NCBI GenBank assembly: GCA_028870355.1
Contig: JAGWPU010000075.1
Location: forward strand, 2,350-66,349
Direction of reading: 5' to 3'
Length of the DNA: 64,000 bases
Source of the DNA: Gammaproteobacteria bacterium
GTDB taxonomy: Bacteria; Pseudomonadota; Gammaproteobacteria; Steroidobacterales; Steroidobacteraceae
This document shows, piece after piece, positions 46,324 through 55,404 of this stretch (the first letter of the stretch is position 1; every line of letters begins with the position of its first letter). Under the pieces are notes generated by a model. It searched no databases. It was not told the DNA's origin and saw nothing but the letters and a program-made list of their open reading frames with translations. The position numbers were made by a program, and so were the translations under genes.

Positions 46324-47964
46324 TCAAGCCCGCATGCCAGGAACCAGCCAGGGCCAAGGCGACCCTTCGGTCGTCCGGTCGATCGGCACCTCGATCAGCG
46401 CCGGCCCATCCGCGGCGAAACACCGTTCGAGCGTGGATCGCAAGGCCTCGGGCGTCGGCGCCCGATAGCCCGGAATGCCGAAGCTCTCGGCGAGGCGGAC
46501 GAAATCGGGGTTGGCAAGTGGCGAGCCGATCACCCGGCCGCCGAAGCCCTGTTCCTGATCCCGTTGGACGTTCCCGAAGCTGCCGTTGTTGAAGACCACC
46601 GCGACCACGCCGATCCGGTACTGCGCGGCGGTCGCGAGCTCCTGCACGCCGAACAGGAATCCGCCGTCGCCGGAAATCGACAGCACCGGGCGGTCGGGAT
46701 GCGCGACCTTCACCCCGAGCGCGGTCGAATAGCCGAAGCCGAGCGTGCCTTGATGCCCGCTCGACACGAACGTCCTCGGCTCGTAGACCGGGAAGCCGAA
46801 CAGCGAGGCGAACCCGCTCTGACAGATCTCGTCGACGAAGAACCCGTTCCGCGGCAGCACCGCGCGCATCGCGTCGAGAAATCGCAGATGCGGCCCGAGC
46901 GTCGCGACCTCCTCGCGCACGCGCGCCTTCAAGGCCGCGAACTCCTCGTGGCGGGACGGTCGCGCCGCGCCGATCCGCCGCAGGCGCTCGACGAGATCGC
47001 GCGTCGCGCGACGGGCGTCGCCGACGATCCCGACCGTCGGTCGCAGCTTCGGCAATTGGGCGGGATCGATCTCGATCAGCACCAGCGGGACGCTGCGCGG
47101 CGTCGCGTGCCACCGGAACCACACGAGCTCGAGTCGCGTGCCGATTCCGATCAGCACGTCGGTCTCGGGCCAGCGCCGATAGCCGGCGACGCAATGGAAT
47201 CCGAGCGGATGATCGTCGGCGACGATACCGCGGCCACCCCGCAGGCTCACGACCGGCGCCTGCAGCCGCTCGGCGAGATCCAGGACTTCCGCGCCGGCGT
47301 GCTGCGCGCCGCTACCGACCATGATCATCGGGTGGCGCGCACCCGCGATCAGCTCGGCCGCCGCCGCGAGGGCCTCCGGATCGGCCTCGTTCGGCGCTTC
47401 GACCGCCGCCGGCCGCGGCGGACCGACCGGTGCCGACGCGGTGAACACGTCCCAGGGCATCTCGAGGGCGACGGGCCGCGGCCGACCGCTGCGCATCTGG
47501 TGGAACGCCTCGGCAACGAGTGCAGGGGCCTGGCTCGGATGCTCGACGCGGGCCGCCCACTTCGTCAGGCTGCGCAAGGTCGCCAGTTGATCCGGGAGTT
47601 CGTGCAGGTGGCCCTTGCCGCTGCCGAGGTGGGCCGAGGGAACCTGGCCGGTCAGGCACAGGACCGGTGCGCTCGCGCCATACGCGGTGCAGATCGCCGC
47701 GCCGGTGTTGAGGACCCCCGGGCCCGGGACCACGGTGAACACGCCCGGCCGGCCGGTCGTGCGCGCGTAGCCGTAAGCCATGTACCCGGTCGCCTGTTCG
47801 TGGCGCGGACCGATCGTGCGAATCGCGCCGTTCGTCCGGTACAACGCGTCGAACAGCCCGTACGTCTGCACCCCGGGAATGCCGAACACCGTATCGACTT
47901 CGTGCGCCCGCAGGGACTCGACCAGCGCGTCGCCGCCGGTGATTCGCCGGGTGATCGAGTTCAT
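46324..47964 (-). CDS. Thiamine-diphosphate-dependent enzyme (acetolactate synthase-like family)
   Basis: Full ORF, 546 aa. N-terminal GGDALVESLRAHEVDTVFGIPG. ThDP motif GDGGFLFGVQELATAAQYRIGVVAVVFNNGSFGNV. Confidence 0.85.
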   Translation of the reverse strand: MNSITRRITGGDALVESLRAHEVDTVFGIPGVQTYGLFDALYRTNGAIRTIGPRHEQATGYMAYGYARTTGRPGVFTVVPGPGVLNTGAAICTAYGASAPVLCLTGQVPSAHLGSGKGHLHELPDQLATLRSLTKWAARVEHPSQAPALVAEAFHQMRSGRPRPVALEMPWDVFTASAPVGPPRPAAVEAPNEADPEALAAAAELIAGARHPMIMVGSGAQHAGAEVLDLAERLQAPVVSLRGGRGIVADDHPLGFHCVAGYRRWPETDVLIGIGTRLELVWFRWHATPRSVPLVLIEIDPAQLPKLRPTVGIVGDARRATRDLVERLRRIGAARPSRHEEFAALKARVREEVATLGPHLRFLDAMRAVLPRNGFFVDEICQSGFASLFGFPVYEPRTFVSSGHQGTLGFGYSTALGVKVAHPDRPVLSISGDGGFLFGVQELATAAQYRIGVVAVVFNNGSFGNVQRDQEQGFGGRVIGSPLANPDFVRLAESFGIPGYRAPTPEALRSTLERCFAADGPALIEVPIDRTTEGSPWPWLVPGMRA

Positions 47965-48021
47965 CGCCGCGTCCTTCGCTCCGCACGCCGCTGCCGGCGA
48001 TCGTGCGGAGGATCATACCGC

Positions 48022-48040
48022 GATCCTTCGACGAAGGATC
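48022..48040 (-). terminator. Hairpin GATCCTTCG-a-CGAAGGATC downstream of ubiV
   Basis: Perfect 9-bp inverted repeat, 13 nt after the ubiV stop. No U-tract. Confidence 0.3.
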
Positions 48041-48052
48041 GGGGCGGCGAGG

Positions 48053-48958
48053 TCAACTCCAGGTCATGCCCGCGTGGCCGCGGACGAAGCCGTTGATCAG
48101 CGGCCGCCCGGCGAGCATCGCGCGCAGTTCGGCGGCGACCGCGGCCGGCTCGCGCTGGCGATCCAGGAGTTCGCGGTAGCGCGTGGCGACGCGCACCATG
48201 TCGAGATCGTGCGGCGAGAGTCGGAAATAGCCGACGCCGGATTCGCGCAGGCGCTCGATCTCGTCGAGGAGGACCCCGTACCCGTACGACAGGGTCTGCG
48301 TTCCGTTGATCGTGAGCACGTCCTCGCCGGCCATGCTGGTCGCGGTCAGACCGTCCGCATCGAGACCGCAGACGAGCTGGCAATGGTCCTTCGACAGGTT
48401 GTGCGATCGCGCGTGATAGCAGCGCATCGCGACCGACAGCGGCTGGCGCCCGAACGCCTGGACCTCGATCGCGGTCGCGCCCGCACCCGCTGCGATCGTG
48501 CGGATCGAGGCCTCGGGCAGTTCCACCGGCAACGCGATGCGGATCGCGCCCTGCGAGGCGAGGACGTCGCGCGTGCGCTCGTTGATCACGTTGATGTACG
48601 GCCCGACCACGTGCGGGGCGCCGGCGAGCACGTCGAGGCAGGCGACGTCGTTCGCCTCGACGAGGAGCCCGTGCTCGGCGCTCTCGCGCAAGCGGCGGAC
48701 CTCGCGCGGCGTGGTCACGAGCGCGAGCGTCGAATGCACGACCGTCTTGCCCGCCGCCTGCAGGCGACGCACCGCCTCGTCGAGATACGGGTCGAACGCG
48801 CTTTCGCGCTTCGAGCACACGACCTCGCCGAGATACACGGTGTCGACCGGCGCTTCATCGGCGATGCGAAGATAGAAGTCCCGACGCTTCGCCGCGGGCC
48901 AATGGAACAACAAGGGCCCGAGCGTCAGCCGGGCCGGCGCGATCGCGCTCATTTCCAT
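48053..48958 (-). CDS. ubiV: U32-family ubiquinone biosynthesis protein UbiV
   Basis: Full ORF, 301 aa. Met3 at 48952 would give an ATGA overlap with ubiU. LGPLLFHWP, YLGEVVCSKRES, HSTLALV, AMRCYHARS...DHCQLVCG and INGTQTLSYGY are colinear with E. coli YhbV as recalled. Confidence 0.85.
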   Translation of the reverse strand: MEMSAIAPARLTLGPLLFHWPAAKRRDFYLRIADEAPVDTVYLGEVVCSKRESAFDPYLDEAVRRLQAAGKTVVHSTLALVTTPREVRRLRESAEHGLLVEANDVACLDVLAGAPHVVGPYINVINERTRDVLASQGAIRIALPVELPEASIRTIAAGAGATAIEVQAFGRQPLSVAMRCYHARSHNLSKDHCQLVCGLDADGLTATSMAGEDVLTINGTQTLSYGYGVLLDEIERLRESGVGYFRLSPHDLDMVRVATRYRELLDRQREPAAVAAELRAMLAGRPLINGFVRGHAGMTWS

Positions 48959-49947
48959 CCCTTCCGGTACGCGCCGAAGGTCTCCCGCCCACCCTCAGCC
49001 TCCTGGCGCAGCGTCGACAGCAGCGGCTCGACCGCGTGGCCACGGGCGAGCGCATCGAGCGCCTGACGAAAGGTGCCGACCACCTGCGTCACGTACGCGC
49101 GGCTGCGCTGACGCCCCTCGATCTTCAGGGCGGTGACACCCGCGGCGCGCAACTCCGGCAGGATCGCGAGCGCGTTCAGTGCGACCGGCTCCTCGAACAG
49201 GTACGAGGCGCGTCCGTGCGTGAGGTAGCGACCCTTGCAGGGCGTCGGGTACGCGGCGGGCTCGCCCGGCGCGAACGCGTTCAGCGTGACCGGTCCGAGC
49301 TTCGACAGCACCCGGCCGTCGCTCTCGACGTAGCTCACGTGGTTCGCGGGCGCACAGGCGCCCTCGCTGGTCGGCGACACGCCGCACAGATAGGACGACA
49401 GGAAGCAGCGCCCCTCGGACATCGGACCCACGCTGCCGAATGCGAACACTTCCGTCTCGATCCCGGTCTCCTCGACGAGGGCGCTCACCTCGTCGATCGA
49501 CAGCACGCGCGGCAGCACGACGCGCTTGACGCCGAAGTGGTCGCGGTAATAGCGAATCGACGGCGCGTTCGCGGCCGACGCCTGCACGGACAGGTGGCGG
49601 CGCAGCTGCGGATGGGTGCGCGTCGCATAGTCGAGCAGGCCGATGTCGGCCAGGATCACCGCGTCGGCGCCGGCGTCGGCGGCTCGATCGACCGCGAGGC
49701 ACCAGGGGCCCGTGTCGCCGGCGGGCGGGAAGGTATTGATCGCGACGAGCACCTTGCAGCCGCGGCCGTGCGCATACGCGATCCCTTCGGCGAGTTCCTC
49801 CGGATCGAAGTTGAGCCCCGGATAGTTGCGCGCATTGGTGCGATCGCGAAAGCCGCAGTAGACGCTGTCCGCGCCCGCATCGACCGCGGCCCGCAGCGCC
49901 GCCGGCGTGCCCGCTGGACACACGAGTTCGAGGGTTCCCGCGCTCAT
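48949..49947 (-). CDS. ubiU: U32-family ubiquinone biosynthesis protein UbiU
   Basis: Full ORF, 332 aa. Close colinearity with E. coli YhbU as recalled: LELVCPAG, TNARNYPGLNF, HLSVQASA, VVLPRVLSI, EVFAFGS, SEGRCFLSSYLCG, YPTPCKGRY, LKIEGRQRS and GAYRKGWK. Confidence 0.9.
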   Translation of the reverse strand: MSAGTLELVCPAGTPAALRAAVDAGADSVYCGFRDRTNARNYPGLNFDPEELAEGIAYAHGRGCKVLVAINTFPPAGDTGPWCLAVDRAADAGADAVILADIGLLDYATRTHPQLRRHLSVQASAANAPSIRYYRDHFGVKRVVLPRVLSIDEVSALVEETGIETEVFAFGSVGPMSEGRCFLSSYLCGVSPTSEGACAPANHVSYVESDGRVLSKLGPVTLNAFAPGEPAAYPTPCKGRYLTHGRASYLFEEPVALNALAILPELRAAGVTALKIEGRQRSRAYVTQVVGTFRQALDALARGHAVEPLLSTLRQEAEGGRETFGAYRKGWK

Positions 49948-50714
49948 GCCGACTTCTCGTCGCGACGCTTCTGCCGTGCCTCGAACTGCGCGAGGCGCGC
50001 GGTCAGGGCAGCGATCTCGGACCGATGCCGGTCGATCTCGGCGCGGAACATCGCGCTCGCGTCCTGCTCCCGCGGATGCAGTACCCGGTGCGCGGCCGAG
50101 ACGCGCTCGAGGAGCGCTTCGACCCAGCCGTTGAGCCGCCGGGCGATCGCCCGCGACGCGGGTGCGAACCGTCCGAGCACGCGCGCGAGCTCGTCGGCGA
50201 GCAGGAGCGGTTCCCGATCGAGCACGTTGCGCAGGCCGACGACCACGGCGGTGTTGCCGGAGACGATCAGGTCGCGGCGGAAGAACAGGGAATCGCTGTC
50301 GATCCGTCCCTCGAGCAGGTCCACGAGCACGCGGGTACTCGCACGGATCGTCGCATCCGCGCCGTGCGCCTCGCGCGCGATCACGCCGAGCCGCGCCGGC
50401 TCGCGCCCGAACGCGAGCGCGAAGCCGTACGGCAGGTCGTTCGGGATCACGTGCACGACCGCCGGGTCGAGCGCGAGGAGATTGCGGGGCAAGCGGGGAT
50501 GCGCTCGCTCGACACTGCGCAGCACGGCCACGGCGACCGCGTGCGCGACCGAACGCGGCAGCCAGATCGCACCGAACTGCAGCAGCGCGAGCGGTGTGCC
50601 GTCGGCCTCGATCGCCGTCGGCGGCGCGCCCGCCAGGACCGGCAGCGCGTGACCGAGGTCCTCGAGATCTTGGTGAGTCTGCATAGATCCGACGCAGTAT
50701 GCCGGGTCGGACAA
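49944..50714 (-). CDS. ubiT: SCP2-domain ubiquinone biosynthesis accessory protein UbiT, with C-terminal extension
   Basis: ORF of 256 aa (Met11 at 50684 is an alternative start). SCP2-type core DLLEGRIDSDSLFFRRDLIVSGNTAVVVGLRNVLD. ATGA overlap with ubiU. The extra C-terminal ~65 aa are rich in charged and heptad-like residues. Confidence 0.75.
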   Translation of the reverse strand: MSDPAYCVGSMQTHQDLEDLGHALPVLAGAPPTAIEADGTPLALLQFGAIWLPRSVAHAVAVAVLRSVERAHPRLPRNLLALDPAVVHVIPNDLPYGFALAFGREPARLGVIAREAHGADATIRASTRVLVDLLEGRIDSDSLFFRRDLIVSGNTAVVVGLRNVLDREPLLLADELARVLGRFAPASRAIARRLNGWVEALLERVSAAHRVLHPREQDASAMFRAEIDRHRSEIAALTARLAQFEARQKRRDEKSA

Positions 50715-50827
50715 TCCCGAAACTGACGGCGCGCAGATTACGACGGCGCCGGCCGACTTATCGTTGGCGGTTGGCGTTCGCTGCCCTCGACCGGTTAGGA
50801 TCGGGTCCTCTCACCCGGAGGACGCCG

Positions 50828-52414
50828 ATGCGTGCTCATCGTACCGTAGTGATGTCGCTCGCCGTCGGCCTCGCGAGCGCAGCCGCGTGGGCCGCCCCGG
50901 CGAGCGCGCCGAACCCGCCGGCGACGGCGGCCGCGAAACCGGCGCCGGCGCCGGTGCCGAAGCCCCGCACCGTCGTCACCCATCACGTCGCCGAGATCGG
51001 CGGCCAGCGGATCGCGTACACGGCGACCGCGGGCACACTGCTGCTCTACGACGCGAAGCACCACGCGACCGCGAGCGTGTTCTACGTCGCGTACACGCGG
51101 GACGGCGGCGACCCGACCCGCCGGCCGATCACGTTCGCCTACAACGGCGGACCCGGCTTCGCCTCGGCACTCGTCGACGTCGGCGGGTTCGGGCCACGAC
51201 GGATCGATTGGCCCGCACCCGGTGATGCGGCCGCGATGCAGCCGCCGTATCGACTCGTCGACAATCCCGACAGCCTGCTCGGCCGCACGGACCTCGTGTT
51301 CATCGATGCGATCGGCACCGGCTACAGCCGGCTCGTCGGCAAGGGAACGCCGAAGCTGTTCTACGGGATCGACGGCGACGCGCAGGCGTTCGCGCAGTTC
51401 ATCGAGCGCTATGCGACCGAGAACCGCCGCTGGAACTCGCCGAAGTTCCTGCTCGGCGAAAGCTACGGCACGACGCGCTCCGCGGTGCTCGCCGAGGACC
51501 TCGTACGGCGGGGGGTCTACGTGAACGGCGTGATCCTGTGCTCCACGGTGCTGGATTTCGCGACGATCAACTTCACCGCCGGGAACGACCTGCCGTTCGC
51601 GCTGTATCTGCCGTCGTACGCGGCGGTCGCCTGGTACCACCACCGGTTGCCGGCCGGGGAGACCCTCACGCAAGCGGTGGACGCCGCGCGCGCGTACGCG
51701 GGCACGGATTACCTGCAGGCGCTGTTCGCGGGCTCGACGCTCCCGGCCGCGGATCGGGCCCGGGTCGCGAGCCGTCTCGCGACGCTCACGGGCGTGCCGG
51801 CGACGCTGTGGGAACGGGCGAACCTGCGGATCACGCTGCCGGTGTTCATGCGGCGCCTGCTCGGCCCGAACGGCCCGATGACCGGCCGATTCGACGCGCG
51901 CTTCACCTCGCCGGAACTGCAGCCGCTGTCGCCGACCCCGGGCGCGAGCGCCGCCGGCGCGTCGACGACCGCGATCTGGGGGGCGCTGACCGCGAGCTTC
52001 GACGCGTACCTGCGCGACGACCTGGGCTACCACAGCGACCGCCCCTACGTGCAGTCGAGCAACACGGTGTTCAAGGCGTGGAACTGGACCTATCGATCGC
52101 CGCTCAACGCGCTCGGCAGCGGCGTCGGCAACCTGAAGTCGCGCAACGTCTCGCCGGCGCTCGCCCGCGCGATGGCCAACGACCCGGGAATGCAGGTCCT
52201 GTTCAACAACGGCTACTTCGACATGGCGACGCCGTTCTTCGCGACCGACTACACGATCGAGCACCTCGGCCTCGGCCCCGGCGCGCTCGCCCGGATCCAC
52301 GAGGCGTATTACCCGGTCGGTCACATGCTGTACGTGAACCCGTCCGTCGAGCCCGCGCTCGCGCACACGATCGACGAGTTCATCGCGCAGGCCGCCCCGC
52401 GCGCAGCGCGCTGA
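50828..52414 (+). CDS. Secreted serine carboxypeptidase (peptidase S10 family)
   Basis: Starts at Met44 of ORF 50699..52414. GGAGG lies 6 nt upstream. It has a signal peptide. FAYNGGPGFAS and the nucleophile motif LLGESYGT. Confidence 0.75.
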   Translation: MRAHRTVVMSLAVGLASAAAWAAPASAPNPPATAAAKPAPAPVPKPRTVVTHHVAEIGGQRIAYTATAGTLLLYDAKHHATASVFYVAYTRDGGDPTRRPITFAYNGGPGFASALVDVGGFGPRRIDWPAPGDAAAMQPPYRLVDNPDSLLGRTDLVFIDAIGTGYSRLVGKGTPKLFYGIDGDAQAFAQFIERYATENRRWNSPKFLLGESYGTTRSAVLAEDLVRRGVYVNGVILCSTVLDFATINFTAGNDLPFALYLPSYAAVAWYHHRLPAGETLTQAVDAARAYAGTDYLQALFAGSTLPAADRARVASRLATLTGVPATLWERANLRITLPVFMRRLLGPNGPMTGRFDARFTSPELQPLSPTPGASAAGASTTAIWGALTASFDAYLRDDLGYHSDRPYVQSSNTVFKAWNWTYRSPLNALGSGVGNLKSRNVSPALARAMANDPGMQVLFNNGYFDMATPFFATDYTIEHLGLGPGALARIHEAYYPVGHMLYVNPSVEPALAHTIDEFIAQAAPRAAR

Positions 52415-52423
52415 CCGCGCGAC

Positions 52424-52449
52424 CCGGCGGCGGCGCGCGGCGCCGCCGG
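52424..52449. terminator. Stem-loop CCGGCGGCG-(8 nt)-CGCCGCCGG between convergent genes
   Basis: 9-bp perfect inverted repeat in the 45-bp gap between the S10 peptidase stop and the DUF3422 stop. It could act in both directions. Confidence 0.35.
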
Positions 52450-52459
52450 CACCCGGCGT

Positions 52460-53743
52460 TCATTCCTCCTTGTGCGCGATCGCGCGCCGGATCCGGTGGA
52501 TGCCGACCGCCGCGAGTCCGGCGACGATCGGAATGCTGAGGCCCATCACGAGTTCAGGTGGCACGCGGTAGCCCAGCGCGTCGAAGCCGCTGACCGCGTG
52601 GCCGATCAGGCCGACGACGTAGTACGTGATCGCGGCGACCGACAGCCCTTCGACCGTCTGCTGCAGCCGCAATTGCGCCCTGCTGCGTCGATCCATCGAT
52701 TCGAGCAGCGCCTGGTTCTGCCGCTCGCGGGTGATGCTCACGTGGGTCGCAAGCAACTGGTTCGCACGCCCGACTCGCCGCGACAGCGCCTCCTGGCGGG
52801 AAGCCGCGGTGCGACAGGTGTTCATCGCCGGCGCGAGGCGCCGCTCGGTGAATTCACCGAAGGTCTGCAGCCCCGGTATCCGGCGTTCCCGCAGCTCGCC
52901 GATCCGGCGTTGCACGATCTCGTAGTACGCCGCCGCCGCGGAGAACCGGTATTCGGCGTCCGCGGTCCGGCTGTGGATCTGCGCTTCGAGCCAGGTCAAG
53001 CGATCGAGCAGCGCCGCTTCGTCCTCGTGCCCGGCGCTCTCGAGCACCGCGGTCACCTGCGAGAGCTCCCGGTCGCAGTCGGTGAAGAACGGGCTCAAGT
53101 CCCGCGCGACCGGCAAGGCGAGCAGCGCCATCATCCGATACGTATCGATCTCGAGCACGCGCTGCACGATCCGGCCGGCTTGCCGCGGCGAGGTGCGGCG
53201 ATCGAGCACCAGGAACCGGCTGAAGCCGTCGCTGCGGATCCGGAAATCGGTCAGTGCGATCGCCGCGTCGTCGCCGACGCCCGAGCCGATGAGCGCGTTG
53301 CCCTCGAACCACCGGGCGGCGACCGCATCGTAGTCCGCGGTGTCGGGCGCGTCCGCGATCAAGGCGCCGTGCGCCGCGACGATCACGCGGCCAGGCAACG
53401 CACGCACGAAATCCGGGGGAACGGCCTCGAGCGCGGGTGGCTCGAACGGCTCCGGTCCGGCCACCGGGGCGACGAACGTGTAGCGCGCGAACTCCCCGTG
53501 GCGCTCGAAGCGCAACGTGAAGGCGCCGAGGTCGGCGGCGAAATGGGTCGCCCGCGCGCTCGGCGCGATGGCACCGTGACGTGCGGCCAGCTCGCGGACG
53601 AGGCGCCATTCCTCGTCGCGATGACTCGGCGGCGCCAACAGCGCGAGATAGCTGATGCGAGCCGGCGCTCGCAGCGCGCCGGCCGGCCGAGCGTGGACCT
53701 CGTCGTTGAGTTCGCGTCGCTGCGGATGGCTCTCGGAAATCAT
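52460..53743 (-). CDS. DUF3422-like membrane-anchored protein
   Basis: Starts at Met90 of ORF 52460..54010 (427 aa). N-terminus HPQRRELNDEVHARP, a long helical middle part, and two C-terminal TM segments. The family assignment is from memory. Confidence 0.6.
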   Translation of the reverse strand: MISESHPQRRELNDEVHARPAGALRAPARISYLALLAPPSHRDEEWRLVRELAARHGAIAPSARATHFAADLGAFTLRFERHGEFARYTFVAPVAGPEPFEPPALEAVPPDFVRALPGRVIVAAHGALIADAPDTADYDAVAARWFEGNALIGSGVGDDAAIALTDFRIRSDGFSRFLVLDRRTSPRQAGRIVQRVLEIDTYRMMALLALPVARDLSPFFTDCDRELSQVTAVLESAGHEDEAALLDRLTWLEAQIHSRTADAEYRFSAAAAYYEIVQRRIGELRERRIPGLQTFGEFTERRLAPAMNTCRTAASRQEALSRRVGRANQLLATHVSITRERQNQALLESMDRRSRAQLRLQQTVEGLSVAAITYYVVGLIGHAVSGFDALGYRVPPELVMGLSIPIVAGLAAVGIHRIRRAIAHKEE

Positions 53744-53861
53744 CGTGGGTCCGCTTCGGGCGATGCGTGATGATAGACCGAAAACACGCCCGTTCGGGAC
53801 CGATGGTGTATCCTTCGATCGGTCCGCGGCACTGCCTTGCCGGCCACCTCGGGAGCCTGCC

Positions 53862-54686
53862 ATGCCCTCGTTCCATCGCACCCTCGGCGCCGTGCTGCTC
53901 GGCGCATCCTTCGTCGGTCCCGTGCTCGCGGCCCCGTCAACCGGCGCGCCGACCACCGACGCGCGGCTGCACCGGGCCGTCGACGGATCCTGGCGCTCCG
54001 CGGCGAACAAGGCGCGGGACCGGTACCGTCACCCGGTCGCGACGCTCGAGTTCTTCGGCATCGAACCCGGCATGACCGTGGTCGAACTCGCGCCCGGCGC
54101 GGGCTGGTACACGGAGATCCTCGCGCCGTTCCTCCACGATCACGGGCACCTGATCGAAGCCGGCGCGAGCCCGCGATTCCAGAAGCGGCTCGCATCCGAT
54201 CCGGCGGTATTCGGTCACATCGCGAAGCTCCTGCCGTTCTCGCCGCCGACGCAGGTCGCGCTCGGGCCGAACGACTCCGCGGACATGGTGCTCACGTTCC
54301 GCAATGCCCACGACTGGCTCAACCGCAGCCCGGCGGCGCTCGCCGCCGTGTTCCGTTCGGCGTTCGAGGTGCTGAAGCCGGGTGGCGTGTTCGGCGTCGT
54401 CGAGCACCGGGCGAGGCCGTTCGAGAACGCGGTGCACAGCTCCCAGGCCCTGCACCGGATCCCCGAGGACTATTTGATCGAGCTCGGCCTGAAGACCGGG
54501 TTCCGGCTCGCCGGCGTCTCCGAGATCAACGCGAACCCGAAGGATCCCGAGGACATCAACGTGCATCGGCTGCCACCCGACCTCGCGGGCCCGCGAAGCG
54601 AGCACGCGAAGATGCGGGCGATCGGCGAGTCGGACCGCATGACCCTGCGGTTCGTGAAACCGACGCCGCGCACCGCCTGCCACTAG
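53862..54686 (+). CDS. Class I SAM-dependent methyltransferase-fold protein with N-terminal signal peptide
   Basis: Starts at Met70 of ORF 53655..54686. GGGAG lies 6 nt upstream. Signal-like MPSFHRTLGAVLLGASFVGPVLAAPS. Motif I VVELAPGAGWYTEIL, then LKPGGVFGVVEH. Confidence 0.7.
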   Translation: MPSFHRTLGAVLLGASFVGPVLAAPSTGAPTTDARLHRAVDGSWRSAANKARDRYRHPVATLEFFGIEPGMTVVELAPGAGWYTEILAPFLHDHGHLIEAGASPRFQKRLASDPAVFGHIAKLLPFSPPTQVALGPNDSADMVLTFRNAHDWLNRSPAALAAVFRSAFEVLKPGGVFGVVEHRARPFENAVHSSQALHRIPEDYLIELGLKTGFRLAGVSEINANPKDPEDINVHRLPPDLAGPRSEHAKMRAIGESDRMTLRFVKPTPRTACH

Positions 54687-54780
54687 AGCCCATGGCGTCG
54701 GCGCGACCCGACGTGCTCGTCGTCGGGCTCGGCCCGGCGGACGCAGGCGCCGCAGCGGGCGCGATCCCGTGAGGAGCCCG

Positions 54781-55404
54781 ATGTTCCAGGTATTGCTCAG
54801 ATTTTTCGTGGTGTTCCTGGTCGTCGTCGAACCGGTGTCGCTGATTCCGGTCTTCGTCGCGTTGACCGCCCACGCGACCGAGCGACAGCGGCGACAGATG
54901 GCGCGGCGCGCGGTCCTGGTCGCCGCGATCATCCTGACGCTGTTCTCGGTCGCGGGCGCCCCACTGCTGCGTCTGATGCACATCAGCATCGATTCGTTCC
55001 GGATCTTCGGCGGCCTGCTGCTCTTCCTGATGGCGCTCGAGATGGTCTTCGCCCGACCCTCGGGGACGCGCACCTCGCAGCCGGAGGAAGTCGAGAGCCT
55101 GCGCCGGCAGGACATCTCGGTGTTCCCGCTCGCATTCCCGTTCATCGCGGGCCCGGGAGCGCTCGCGACGATCCTGCTCGCGTTCGGCGAGGGCACCGAC
55201 CGGCTCGCGATGTTCGTCGGATTGATCGCCTGCATGTTCCTCGTGCTGCTGATCACGCTCGTCGCGATGTACGTCGCGAGCCCGATCATGCGCGTATTGG
55301 GAGTGACCGGGGCGAACGTGATCAACCGGCTGACCGGCGTATTGCTCGGAGCGCTCGCGGTGCAGTTCGTGATCGACGGCTTGCGGGGGAGCTTCGGCTC
55401 ATGA
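54781..55404 (+). CDS. MarC-family (UPF0056) integral membrane protein
   Basis: Starts at Met5 of ORF 54769..55404. GAGGAG lies 4 nt upstream. EPVSLIPVFVALT and FPLAFPFIAGPGA are typical of MarC. Confidence 0.85.
   Translation: MFQVLLRFFVVFLVVVEPVSLIPVFVALTAHATERQRRQMARRAVLVAAIILTLFSVAGAPLLRLMHISIDSFRIFGGLLLFLMALEMVFARPSGTRTSQPEEVESLRRQDISVFPLAFPFIAGPGALATILLAFGEGTDRLAMFVGLIACMFLVLLITLVAMYVASPIMRVLGVTGANVINRLTGVLLGALAVQFVIDGLRGSFGS

Noticed and set aside
44831-47964. TauE/SafE exporter near a ThDP enzyme as a sulfoacetaldehyde (Xsc)-type desulfonation locus
   Set aside because: The ThDP protein (546 aa) looks like a generic acetolactate-synthase-family member, not Xsc as I recall it. The two genes are convergent, a DUF4019 gene lies between them, and no pta or tauXY-type partners are present.
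50685-50827. FNR/Anr box upstream of ubiT
   Set aside because: No TTGAT-N4-ATCAA or close variant was seen on either strand, so no oxygen-regulator site is claimed.
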